Below, one piece after another: positions 9,653 to 19,068 of a stretch of DNA of 64,000 bases. Position 1 is the first letter of the stretch; every line of letters starts with the position of its first letter. This DNA comes from an uncultured delta proteobacterium. Lineage in GTDB: Bacteria; Desulfobacterota; Desulfomonilia; UBA1062. The notes under the pieces are model-generated. The model had not been told where the DNA came from and ran no database searches. It worked only from the letters and a program-made list of their open reading frames with translations. The DNA lies in the NCBI GenBank assembly GCA_963785235.1, contig CAWAUM010000013.1, forward strand, positions 32,001 through 96,000. The letters are read 5' to 3'. A program made the translations under genes and the position numbers.

Positions 9653-10471
9653 TCATCCCTCCGGCCCTTTATAGACACGGTTTATCTGAAAATCTATGAT
9701 TGCACGGTTGATCGATGGAAACCACCTACCTGTCATTTCAATGAACCTGGCTATGAATCCGGGTATTATAAGGAAACGATCTTTTTGTATGCCCTTAATT
9801 ACTTCATCTGCCACTACGTCAAGAGAGAGAACAGGGACAGTTTGCGTAACGACACGATTCTCTGTTGTACGATAGGTATTCAAATCATCCACCATGGGTG
9901 ATTCAAACTCACCAGGACATACAAGGTGGAACTTGATATTCAGGGGCTTGAGCTCCGCACGAAGGACATCGGTCAATCCGACGATAGCAAACTTGGAAGA
10001 ACAGTAAGCGGCATATCCAAACGTTCCGATCTTGCCTCCTAGGGAAGAGATATTTACTATTCTGCCCTGACCTTTCTTCCTGAAGATGGGTATTATAGCC
10101 TTGGTACAGTTCAGCACGCCGAAATAATTGATATCCATGACTTCCCGGAAGATCGATATAGGGAGCCTTTCAAAGTAACCTTCTCTGAGGATACCTGCGC
10201 TATTGATAAGGATATCCGGCAAGCCAAAAGTATCTGTAATGGTGTTTAGAGTCTTCTCTGTCGCGGTATAATCGGAAACATCACATGGGAATATCTCAAT
10301 TCTCTGACCGGCTATGCATATTGCGGATAACTCATCCTTGACCCTTGCCAGCTTATTCTTGTCCCTTGCGATGAGTGCAAGGTTAGCCCCACTCTTTACG
10401 AGTCGTTGAGCAAGGGCTCTTCCCAGTCCACTTGAGCCACCTGTAATGACAATAATCGAGTCCTTGAACAT
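9653..10471 (-). CDS. SDR oxidoreductase (KDSR-like subgroup)
   Basis: TGGSSGLG, NSAG, catalytic YCSSK, GTFGYAAY. Confidence 0.85.
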   Translation of the reverse strand: MFKDSIIVITGGSSGLGRALAQRLVKSGANLALIARDKNKLARVKDELSAICIAGQRIEIFPCDVSDYTATEKTLNTITDTFGLPDILINSAGILREGYFERLPISIFREVMDINYFGVLNCTKAIIPIFRKKGQGRIVNISSLGGKIGTFGYAAYCSSKFAIVGLTDVLRAELKPLNIKFHLVCPGEFESPMVDDLNTYRTTENRVVTQTVPVLSLDVVADEVIKGIQKDRFLIIPGFIARFIEMTGRWFPSINRAIIDFQINRVYKGPEG

Positions 10472-10549
10472 AAAGGTCTCCCCTCTTGTGCTAAAGTTGT
10501 CATGAACCTATTTAAGATATGTTTTGCAACCCTTCCCATTTATTAAGAG

Positions 10550-11524
10550 TTATATCTTGCTACTGCTTCCGGCAACGGCAGGTACACCATAGGACTTCAT
10601 TACCTCAACGAGAGATAAGATATTTTCCTCCCATACCTTCCGTTCAGTAGTCTGGACCCCAACCATCCCATAACCCAACCCAAGAGATTCATATTTTTCA
10701 ACACCCAATTGACGGTATGGAAGAAGCTGAACTTGAGTTACCCGGTTGTCCAGTTTGTCCCTGATGAATCCAGCTGTTGCTTCGATATTCTCCCTACTGT
10801 CATTGTGACCCGGAACTATGGGTATACGGATAATAAGCGGCTTGCCCTTCTTGGCGATGCTCAGGATATTTTTCAGAATACATACATTGTCCACACCGGT
10901 GTACTCCTTGTGTTTCCCGGGATCCATATGCTTGATATCGGTAATTATGAGATCTGCATAGGGAGCCACCTTAGCCAAAATGCCTGGATGAATAGCAAGT
11001 TCTGTTTCCATACACGTATGAATACCGTGTCTTTTACATTCTTTGAGTATCGCCCGGGTAAATTTCCATTGTATCAGCGGATCGCCTCCCGACAGGGTAA
11101 CCCCTCCACCGGAGTTTTCATAGAACTCGATGTCCGACATCACTACGTCAATGATATCATCAACGGAATATGTTTTTCCCCAGACCATGAGGGCATTCGC
11201 CGGGCAGACATCTGTGCATTTCAGGCAATCTGTACAGATATCCCGGTTGATCCCGGAAATTTTTCCTTCCTGTATCGAAAAGATCTGTTCATTTCCAAGA
11301 GGACAAGAGGAAAGACATTGGCCACATACTTCGATGCCGATGCAACGTGAAGCATACACACCTACTTGTGGATAGGCCTTCAAACTCTCCGGATTGCTGC
11401 ACCATTTGCAATGGAGTGGACATCCTTTGAGAAATATCTCTGTTCTGATACCAGGACCATCGTGGATGGTAAATCTTTGGATGTTAAAAACATAACCCTT
11501 GATGCGATTCTTGCTGGTCCCCAT
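10550..11524 (-). CDS. Glycyl-radical enzyme activating enzyme (radical SAM with ferredoxin insert)
   Basis: HDGPGIRT, CPLHCKWC, two auxiliary Cys clusters, GGVTLSGG. Confidence 0.95.
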   Translation of the reverse strand: MGTSKNRIKGYVFNIQRFTIHDGPGIRTEIFLKGCPLHCKWCSNPESLKAYPQVGVYASRCIGIEVCGQCLSSCPLGNEQIFSIQEGKISGINRDICTDCLKCTDVCPANALMVWGKTYSVDDIIDVVMSDIEFYENSGGGVTLSGGDPLIQWKFTRAILKECKRHGIHTCMETELAIHPGILAKVAPYADLIITDIKHMDPGKHKEYTGVDNVCILKNILSIAKKGKPLIIRIPIVPGHNDSRENIEATAGFIRDKLDNRVTQVQLLPYRQLGVEKYESLGLGYGMVGVQTTERKVWEENILSLVEVMKSYGVPAVAGSSSKI

Positions 11525-11627
11525 CCTGTTAACCTCTCTTGCAAACTGGTCCTATAAGTGATCCTGACATTCACTTGAGGCTGCTGCAGTTTGTTCAACC
11601 ACAGCCTCAAGTGATATGTCTGCGGAT

Positions 11628-14179
11628 TTATTCAAAGGAGAGTTCAGTCCTCCCCATAATGTCATACTGCAGCGGTTTGCTCAGTTCTACAAAGTAAGCA
11701 CTGTAGCCTGCTACTCTTACCAGCAAGTGTTTATATTGATCAGGATTTGCTAGTGCGCATTCCATGGTTTCCCTGCTTATTATATTGAACTGGCTGTGCA
11801 TCCCTTTTCTGTTGAAATAGACATCGAGAAGTGAAATCAGGTTGTCACGGCCTGATTCCCCAGCCACGCAGGTGGGGGTGAACTTCCAGTTGAGCAAGGT
11901 CCCATTTCCTGCTCGTATATGATCAAGCTTAGTGACTGATTTCGCCATAGCGCTTGGCCCTTTGATGTCATGTGATCCGGCCCATGTATGGACAGGCCCA
12001 AGACAATCGGAAACTGGCTCAAGCGCCTTTCTACCGTCGGGAGAAGCCCACTGTACAAGACCCATTGCGACATTGCATGAGACCGAATACACCCCGGGAA
12101 CATACTTACCGCCACGGGCATTGGGCCTGTCTTCGACGTGTTTGCAATAGGTATCGTATCCGAATTTTGCAAGTTCATCTGCATAGTCGTCATCGTTACC
12201 GTAGTGGTGCACTTTATCGCTGTTCACAAGAGCATACAGAGCCTCATGCCCGACCCAGTTGTCCTCGATGGCTTTGAGCAGCTTATCAGCTGTGATTTTC
12301 TTCTCCTCAAATACAAGTTGCTTGATGGTAGCAAAACCATCTGCTACGGTTCCAACCCCTACAGCCTGGGGACCGGTAAAATTGTAATGGGCTCCACCGG
12401 CTGACACATCTATGCCCTTCTCCGTACAATCATCAATGAGTGTAGACAAGTATGGGAGGGGCTTGAGGCGCTGGTGAACACGATCCATGATCTCTATGCC
12501 TTCAACCATCAGATCGACCCAGTATTTCATCTGCTTGTCATACGCATCAAGCACCTGGTCGAAGGATGTAAAATCAGTCAGGCTTCCTGTTGAAGGACCA
12601 ATCTTCTTCCCGATGCCGCCACAGACATCCCATCTGGGGCAATGCTGTCCGCACCCGATGCAACGGCCGTCGTTGATGGCCAGCTCCAAAATCTTTGATG
12701 TGCTGAAATAGGCTGCGTCATGCCAGCCGTACTCCTTCCCCCCAGCATCAATTTCCACGCACCCGACCACATGGTAATTCCGGGAGTCTTCCAGTGTTCT
12801 CCCAGAACGAAGAGATGCAGGTATAGCAGCCTGATCGTTAAACACCTTGGGCTGGCCGGTACCGATGCGAATAACGTTTGCTGTCTTGATTTTCAGCTCC
12901 CGGGGTGTTTTTTCATGCCACCTGACAGCAAACCATGGGACTCCAAGCCGGGTATGAGCATGTGCATCGAGTAACATGAATGTCAGATCATTTGTGGCAT
13001 CGTTTCCCTCTGAGTCAACACCACCGACCGTCAATGTATCTCCGCCCATACCTCTACCCGAGTTCGGTATCACTGTCAGACGGTCTCTAAGCTTGGTCCA
13101 CCAGATATGCTTGATGAAGTAGATCTCAAGGAGTTCCTGGATCGTCTCTTTTGTGGCATATCCACTTTCTATGTCTTTTTGATAAAAGGGGTATAAGTAT
13201 TGATCAATTCTTCCTATGGAGACTGAGTGGCCATTAGACTCGATCAGTACAATCGTGGTAGCAATGAACATGAGTTGGAGCGCCTCCCAGATAGAACGTG
13301 GAGGACTTTCCGACACCCAGTCACAGTTCGAGGCTACCTGCTCCAGGTCTTTTCTGCGTAGAATGTTTTTCTCTTTCCGTGCCATCTCCCTGGCAAGAGA
13401 CGCATATCGTCTCAGATAATTGGATGCTGCTTCAAGGGAGATCAACTCGGCCTGGTAGAATTCCTTCTTCCTGAGATCCTCGTTATGTGACCCTGCCAAC
13501 GCACCCATCTTCTCAATCACTTGCTTCTTGATGCCGCCGAAGCCAAGGGCGAAAAGTTTTTCGAAATTCGGCTGTAGATGGCCTATACCACCATACATGT
13601 AGAGGTTCAGAAGATAAATCCCCCGCCCCACGTGTGTTCCTTTTTCTGGTCCTCAGACATTTCGGCGAGGATAGCCTCCTCAATTGTTTTCCCCTTCCAG
13701 AACTCTTCTATCTCTTTGAGCTTCTTTGTCGACTTCTTCTGCGTATAATATTTATCATGCAAACGCTTGTTCAGAGGATGATTCTTTATCTCGTCCATGA
13801 CCCACGCATAGGAATGTTCAGGGAAAATCGGGGCGGATTTAATGGGTGCTGCCATCTCACCCACAATGAGCTCATCCTCTGTGATGCTAATGTTTACATT
13901 TTTGAGCACATGAGCTAGAGCCAAAGCGCACTTCATTATTTGGGGCTCGTCCACATACTTCCTGTATGCCTCGGTCACAAGGCACGCTCTCTGGTCGTCC
14001 ACTGTAAATTCCTGCGCATGGACATATGATAGGAAACGGTTGACCCTGGGAAAGGGAGAGGGGTTCTCGTCCATTCCAGACAGGGCGATGGGCCACTCCT
14101 TGTCATAAGGGATCAAGCCTATTGGTTTTGATTTTACAGTACCGGCTTTCTCCGGGGTCTGTACTTTTTCTGTGATCAT
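11628..14179 (-). CDS. Glycyl radical enzyme, diol-dehydratase-like eliminase (frameshift at ~13640)
   Basis: ORFs 13607..14179 and 11628..13631 join at an A-run. Motifs GGIGH, ESNGHS, GCVE, GWHDAAYF and the LVRVAGYS glycyl loop. Confidence 0.9.
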
Positions 14180-14283
14180 GGTATGCCTCCTGTATTCTGA
14201 TTGTCTGATTTATCTGTGAGATTGTCCTGATACGTACAATTCAGCTGGATTAAGTCTCTGCCTACTCGATTTCAGCATAATGT

Positions 14284-14646
14284 TCACTGTGCCATCATTT
14301 TCGACAGGGCTGCGGAAAACCACATAAATTCCTTGAAATTGCCCTCGATGATTAGCTTCTTCTCAGTGAGCGCAGCCAGTGAAGCCTCATCATTTTTACA
14401 GGTCATCACCTTGAAACCTGTGTCAGCATCACACCAGACCATGGCTACATCGCTTTTCTCACGATTTCCAGGACTTGAAGAGATGCTTCCTTTGTTGAAC
14501 ACATAGACACGCCCTTGGTCGCTCTTCGTGGTTTTAATTGCGACCTTGAGTTTCTTGTTCTGGATGTACTCCCTGAAAGCCTTGTTCTTCTTCGCAGCCC
14601 ATTTCAACTTACCGTACAGTATAAGGAGTAAAAGCTTGAATTTCAT
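14284..14646 (-). CDS. SCP2-like (sterol-carrier fold) small protein
   Basis: MKFKLLL start after RBS; DVAMVWCDADTG...KKLIIEGN...MWF pattern resembling SCP2-like domains. Confidence 0.6.
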   Translation of the reverse strand: MKFKLLLLILYGKLKWAAKKNKAFREYIQNKKLKVAIKTTKSDQGRVYVFNKGSISSSPGNREKSDVAMVWCDADTGFKVMTCKNDEASLAALTEKKLIIEGNFKEFMWFSAALSKMMAQ

Positions 14647-14685
14647 AAGACACCCCCTTTTTTTCTTGAAACGTATAAGAATCAT

Positions 14686-14701
14686 TACAATATGCATACC
14701 A
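14686..14701 (-). promoter_or_regulatory. Putative sigma54 promoter of the GRE operon
   Basis: TGGTATGCATATTGTA (GG-N10-GT variant), 40 bp upstream of the first operon gene and next to a sigma54 activator gene. Confidence 0.5.
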
Positions 14702-14841
14702 GGTGTTCTGGACGTAGGTGGTAACTGTTTATTATCTTGATATACCTAACATTATTACGTTTAGATGGGTTGAATCTTATTTTTTGAAAAAAGAATAAAC
14801 AACCATATTTGGTGGTTCTACTAAATATAGTTAAAAATGAT

Positions 14842-16452
14842 CTATGTATCCGATGATGACCTTCGCTGAATAGATATTCCAAGCTTCCGCATACGGCCTC
14901 TCAGTGTGTTCGGGTGTAATCCGAGAAGGGTTGCAGCTCCCTTTGCGCCATCGATTCTCCAATCTGTTTTTTCGAGAATCTTGAGGATATGGCGTCTTTC
15001 AATTTCAGAGAGATTCGTGATGGACGGTTCTTCATTAGAGCATGACCCTGGATCTTCGAGCTTTTCACTAAGATGGAGGGTATTACCACTGGTGATGATA
15101 ATGGCACGCTCGATTACATGCTCCAGTTCCCTCACATTACCTGGCCACGTGTAAGATCTCAGTCCCGTCATCGTCTGCTTAGGAATGCTATTGATCTCTT
15201 TGCGCATCTTCCTGGCGAATTTCATTACAAAATGCTCGACCAGGAGAGGAATATCCTCTTTCCGCTCTCTCAAGGAAGGAATGGTGATGGGAAAAACATT
15301 CAGGCGATAGTAAAGGTCTTGGCGGAAGCGCCCTTTCGATGCCTCTTCTTTGAGATTCCTGCTCGTAAGGGCAATGATACGTACATCAACCTTAATGGTT
15401 TTAGGACTGCCAAGTCGTTCGAACTCTCCATCCTGTATAGCTCTTAGGAGCTTAGCCTGCAACTCCAGGGGAAGCTCTGCAATCTCATCAAGAATTATCG
15501 TACCTTTATCAGCAAGCTCGAAACGTCCAATTTGTCTGCTGGAAGAGCCTGTGAATGCACCTTTTTCCCTTCCAAACAACTCGCTTTCAATTAAATTGGG
15601 AGGAAGGGCTGCACAGTTCACGATCACCAATGGGTGATTCTTCCTGGGGCTAAGGTCGTGAATCGCACTAGCGATCATTCCTTTTCCTGTTCCCGTTTCA
15701 CCAAGCACGAGTACTACTGAATCAGTGGGAGCTACCTGCTCCATCCGGAAAAAAACATGTCTAATCGTAATACTCTGCCCGACGATATTATGATATGCGC
15801 GCTCATTTTCAGTCTCTTGGCGTAGGTTTATCTTCTCTATATGGCCCTGTTTGCTGAAGCTCTGCATCTCTTGTAGGGCTGATTCATACTTTTCTTCCAT
15901 TTTCTTGCGGTGCAATGCACTGGTGATTATCTCTCCGGCGAGCTTTAGCCTGGGAATGAGCTCAGCCGGGAAATGTCTTTCCTGTCTCATACATGCAAAG
16001 GACAGCCCGCAGATGGGCTTGCCAGCAACCCTATATGGAATGACAATAACTGATTTCTCACCTATTGCCCGGGAAGACTCTTTGTCCACCGATGCTTCTT
16101 CTGGTAATTCTTCATGTCGGCTGAAGCATACAGTCTCATCATTTAATGCCTTCTTAAAAAGCCATGGGAAGTGTTCGGTGGTGATACTGGGAGGAAAGTT
16201 CTTGAACCCAGGGACAGTGTATTGGTGTGTCCACCGTGCCTCAGTCTGGTTTTCCGACAACTCCCAAAAGGTGCAGCGGTCTAAATCGAGACATTTAGCA
16301 ATTCGCTTCAATCCCCATTCAATCTCCTCATCGACCTCACTGGCAGGGGTGTTGGCGAACTGGGTTGAAATCTCTGATAGTAATTTATCGAGTTCGAGAG
16401 ACTGCTTCGGGCTTATGCCCATTAATGAAGATGTCGAAGCTTTATTCTTCAT
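14842..16452 (-). CDS. Sigma54-dependent activator (GAF + AAA+ + Fis HTH)
   Basis: GETGTGK, ESELFG, GAFTGS, WPGNVREL and a C-terminal HTH. Confidence 0.95.
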   Translation of the reverse strand: MKNKASTSSLMGISPKQSLELDKLLSEISTQFANTPASEVDEEIEWGLKRIAKCLDLDRCTFWELSENQTEARWTHQYTVPGFKNFPPSITTEHFPWLFKKALNDETVCFSRHEELPEEASVDKESSRAIGEKSVIVIPYRVAGKPICGLSFACMRQERHFPAELIPRLKLAGEIITSALHRKKMEEKYESALQEMQSFSKQGHIEKINLRQETENERAYHNIVGQSITIRHVFFRMEQVAPTDSVVLVLGETGTGKGMIASAIHDLSPRKNHPLVIVNCAALPPNLIESELFGREKGAFTGSSSRQIGRFELADKGTIILDEIAELPLELQAKLLRAIQDGEFERLGSPKTIKVDVRIIALTSRNLKEEASKGRFRQDLYYRLNVFPITIPSLRERKEDIPLLVEHFVMKFARKMRKEINSIPKQTMTGLRSYTWPGNVRELEHVIERAIIITSGNTLHLSEKLEDPGSCSNEEPSITNLSEIERRHILKILEKTDWRIDGAKGAATLLGLHPNTLRGRMRKLGISIQRRSSSDT

Positions 16453-16830
16453 ATTGGGGCCTTGAGAACATGCTCCATGATATGTAGAGTACTTTCTTCA
16501 CTTCTTTGTTATATCACTCTTATGCCTGATATAGAACATTTGTAAGATAAAACCACTAGAACATTTCAATGCAGGCTTCAAGAAAACAAGTTCACATGTC
16601 TTAATAATACATCTAACAGACTAATATTAAACATGTTATATTTCCCCTATATCTGTATAGATAAAGCTATTGTGATTAGATTGTGCAAAGATAAAAAGAT
16701 TACATCAGGAGATCTCACTTCAACAGGCTAACTCATGTATGAAATTATTCAGGGGCATCTGATTCAATCCAAAGTATAGATTTCTGCAAAAATGATCGGT
16801 TTCACAAGACCTGAAAAACTAAGGATTGAA

Positions 16831-16962
16831 CCAAGGCCAAAGGTTATTCCAGAGCATAGATTACTATTCATAATCATCAGAAATGAGGGGCATGGAAGAG
16901 TATAGATAACATGCCAGTTCACACGGTTTCTGATTATTGAGTGTTTCTATCCATAATCAACG
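16831..16962 (+). repeat. Dispersed intergenic repeat, copy 3
   Basis: CCAAGGCCAAAGGTTATTCCAGAGCATAGATTACTATTCATAATCATCAGAAATGAGGGGCATGGAAGAGTATAGATAACATGCCAG. Confidence 0.85.
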
Positions 16963-17147
16963 CTTTACCCAAAGTGAACATAACTGCGATAACTCATCGT
17001 TCTTCATTTTTACAGACTAACCATAGATCTCTGTTCAAAACTTACTACTCTCCTCTGATCAAGGGAGAGGGTTTTCCACCCGTACTTTTTGAAGCTTGCT
17101 TGGATTTATAAAGCCTATGGTTCGGAACGGACAACCACCCGGCTTCC

Positions 17148-17750
17148 CTATTCTTCCCGCCTGCGCATCCGGGTAACAAAACGCTCCCACCTGGGCGGAC
17201 CGGGAAGGCGGTGGGGGGTTACGGCCTCGCTGACAAAACGCACGTCCTCCACAGAATAGAAGGCCTGGGGGTTGTGCTGCTTGATTATGTCAACGATGTG
17301 TTCGATATTGCTGCGCTCCACAATGGAGAAAATGACCTTCACCGGTCCGGTGACACCTTCGGCATCGATGATGGTCAGCCCGTATCCTGCAGACCTGAGA
17401 TAGGTGATGAGGTCATCCGAATCCCTACGGGTGATGATGCGGATGATCACCTTTCCGATGGAAAGTTTGTTTTCTATGATGACTCCTACAAAATTCCCAG
17501 TGGCAAATCCTGCCGCATAGGTCACGAAACATACGGGATTTCCCATGTGCTGAAAGATCTGGCGTATGACCATGAGCCAGATGAGCACCTCGAAGAATCC
17601 GATAATAGACGCATAGTACCTGAGATTTCTGTTGATGAAGATAATGCGGACCGTATCCAGGCTTACGTCCATAACGCGGGCAAAGAAGATGAGTAAAGGC
17701 AGTATAAACCATGTGTACATCATAGAGTCGAAGAATGCCGGCATAGCCAT
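17148..17750 (-). CDS. DUF2179/UPF0316 membrane protein
   Basis: ARVMDVSLDTVR, GFFEVLIW, YAAGFATGNFVG, NPQAFYSVEDVR. Confidence 0.85.
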   Translation of the reverse strand: MAMPAFFDSMMYTWFILPLLIFFARVMDVSLDTVRIIFINRNLRYYASIIGFFEVLIWLMVIRQIFQHMGNPVCFVTYAAGFATGNFVGVIIENKLSIGKVIIRIITRRDSDDLITYLRSAGYGLTIIDAEGVTGPVKVIFSIVERSNIEHIVDIIKQHNPQAFYSVEDVRFVSEAVTPHRLPGPPRWERFVTRMRRREE

Positions 17751-17980
17751 TTCCCTCTCAGCTCGATACCTGTCAGCTCTAAGAAAACTTTTGCCTCATG
17801 CGGCCTGTGATAAGAATGTATCACTTATTGTGGAGAATGGGAACACCCCCTAAGATTTACAAAATATTGCAAAACAACTCGCAGGGTGATAAGATTATTG
17901 AGATGCTTCTCCTGGAAGCGAGAGACTTTCTTGCGGGTGGCATAGGGAAATGTACCCATGACAGTTCATTGGAGGTTTAC

Positions 17981-18949
17981 ATGGCAAAACGTTCATTCCG
18001 GATTGCCGGATGGCTCCTGATTCTTTCAAGCTTTGTGTTCCTGTCCGGTTGTGCACACAAGGCGCCGATCGAGCAACCCACGGGTTCCTATTTGGAGGAT
18101 ATTTATGCAACTGCCAATACGAACCCCGATGTGGAAATGTTCAACTCGGCCATGCCCCCATACCTCCAGTACATGGACAATCTCATCCTGCCTGTTTCTC
18201 CTGATTTACTATACTACAGGTTATCCGGGGCATATTACGGGTATGCCTTCTGCTTCGTTGAGGACACCGACAAGAAGGAGGCAAGTTCCCTTTACCTCAA
18301 GGGACGAGATTATGCCCTGACCGAGCTAAAACGTTACAGGATCTTCTTTACCGCCATGACCTATGAAAGCACTATCCTGGAATTCAAAGCGTCCCTGCCT
18401 GCCAGTTTCGACAAGAAGCACATTCAAGGCCTCTACTGGGCTGCCATGAACTGGGCCGGATGGGTGAACCTCAACCTTGCTACGCCGGAAGCCCTGGCAG
18501 ACATACCCAAGGTGGAGGCCATGCTTGAGTTTGTCATTCTGCTCGATGGGTCGTATAACAGCGGCAGCGCATATGCGGCACTTGGCGCCCTGCATGCAAG
18601 CCGGACCAAAGAACAAGGCGGAAACCCCGAGAGGGCCAAGGATGAGTTCGACGCTGCCTTCACCTACTCCGGCAACAGCATCCTTCTTTTCCATGTCATG
18701 TATGCCCAGTACTATGCCATCCAGATCCAGGACAAGGAGCTGTTCAGGAAGACGCTGACGACAGTCCTTGAAACACCTGCAAACACCTACCCGGACAAGA
18801 CCTTTATGAACGAAGTGGCCAGGAAAAAGGCAAAGGTGCTCCTGGATAACATTGATAAGTATTTCAAACCGGTTGAAATAAAAAAGCCGGCTGAAATACA
18901 GAAGACTGAAGAATCCGTGACTACTCCCCAGCCGAGCGAAACAAAGTGA
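17981..18949 (+). CDS. TatT-like (TPAT T-component) TPR lipoprotein
   Basis: Start MAKRSF after GGAGG; lipobox LSGC; GGNPERAKDEF, YAQYYA and NEVARKKAKVLL patterns. Confidence 0.75.
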   Translation: MAKRSFRIAGWLLILSSFVFLSGCAHKAPIEQPTGSYLEDIYATANTNPDVEMFNSAMPPYLQYMDNLILPVSPDLLYYRLSGAYYGYAFCFVEDTDKKEASSLYLKGRDYALTELKRYRIFFTAMTYESTILEFKASLPASFDKKHIQGLYWAAMNWAGWVNLNLATPEALADIPKVEAMLEFVILLDGSYNSGSAYAALGALHASRTKEQGGNPERAKDEFDAAFTYSGNSILLFHVMYAQYYAIQIQDKELFRKTLTTVLETPANTYPDKTFMNEVARKKAKVLLDNIDKYFKPVEIKKPAEIQKTEESVTTPQPSETK

Positions 18950-18987
18950 ACCCCAATACAAGGCCGGCTGAACCGGGCTTAATAACT

Positions 18988-19021
18988 ATCTGTCATCCCC
19001 GCCTTAGCGGGGGTGACAGAT
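18988..19021. terminator. REP-like hairpin, probable bidirectional terminator
   Basis: ATCTGTCATCCCCGC-CTTA-GCGGGGGTGACAGAT between convergent genes. Confidence 0.65.
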
Positions 19022-19068
19022 CTTTATTCAGCTTTACAATTCCCTCGGCCTATAATGACCTGATCAGC

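Noticed and set aside
11628-14179. Pyruvate formate-lyase, or a genuinely split GRE
   Set aside because: It has the single-Cys GCVE rather than the PFL CC motif. The split falls at an A-run like other probable sequencing errors.
16859-16890. Repeat core as a canonical dif/pdif site
   Set aside because: It has CATAA but no TTATGTTAAAT-like XerD arm 6 bp downstream.
17798-17980. N-terminal extension of the TatT-like ORF
   Set aside because: The RBS and signal peptide point to the ATG at 17981.
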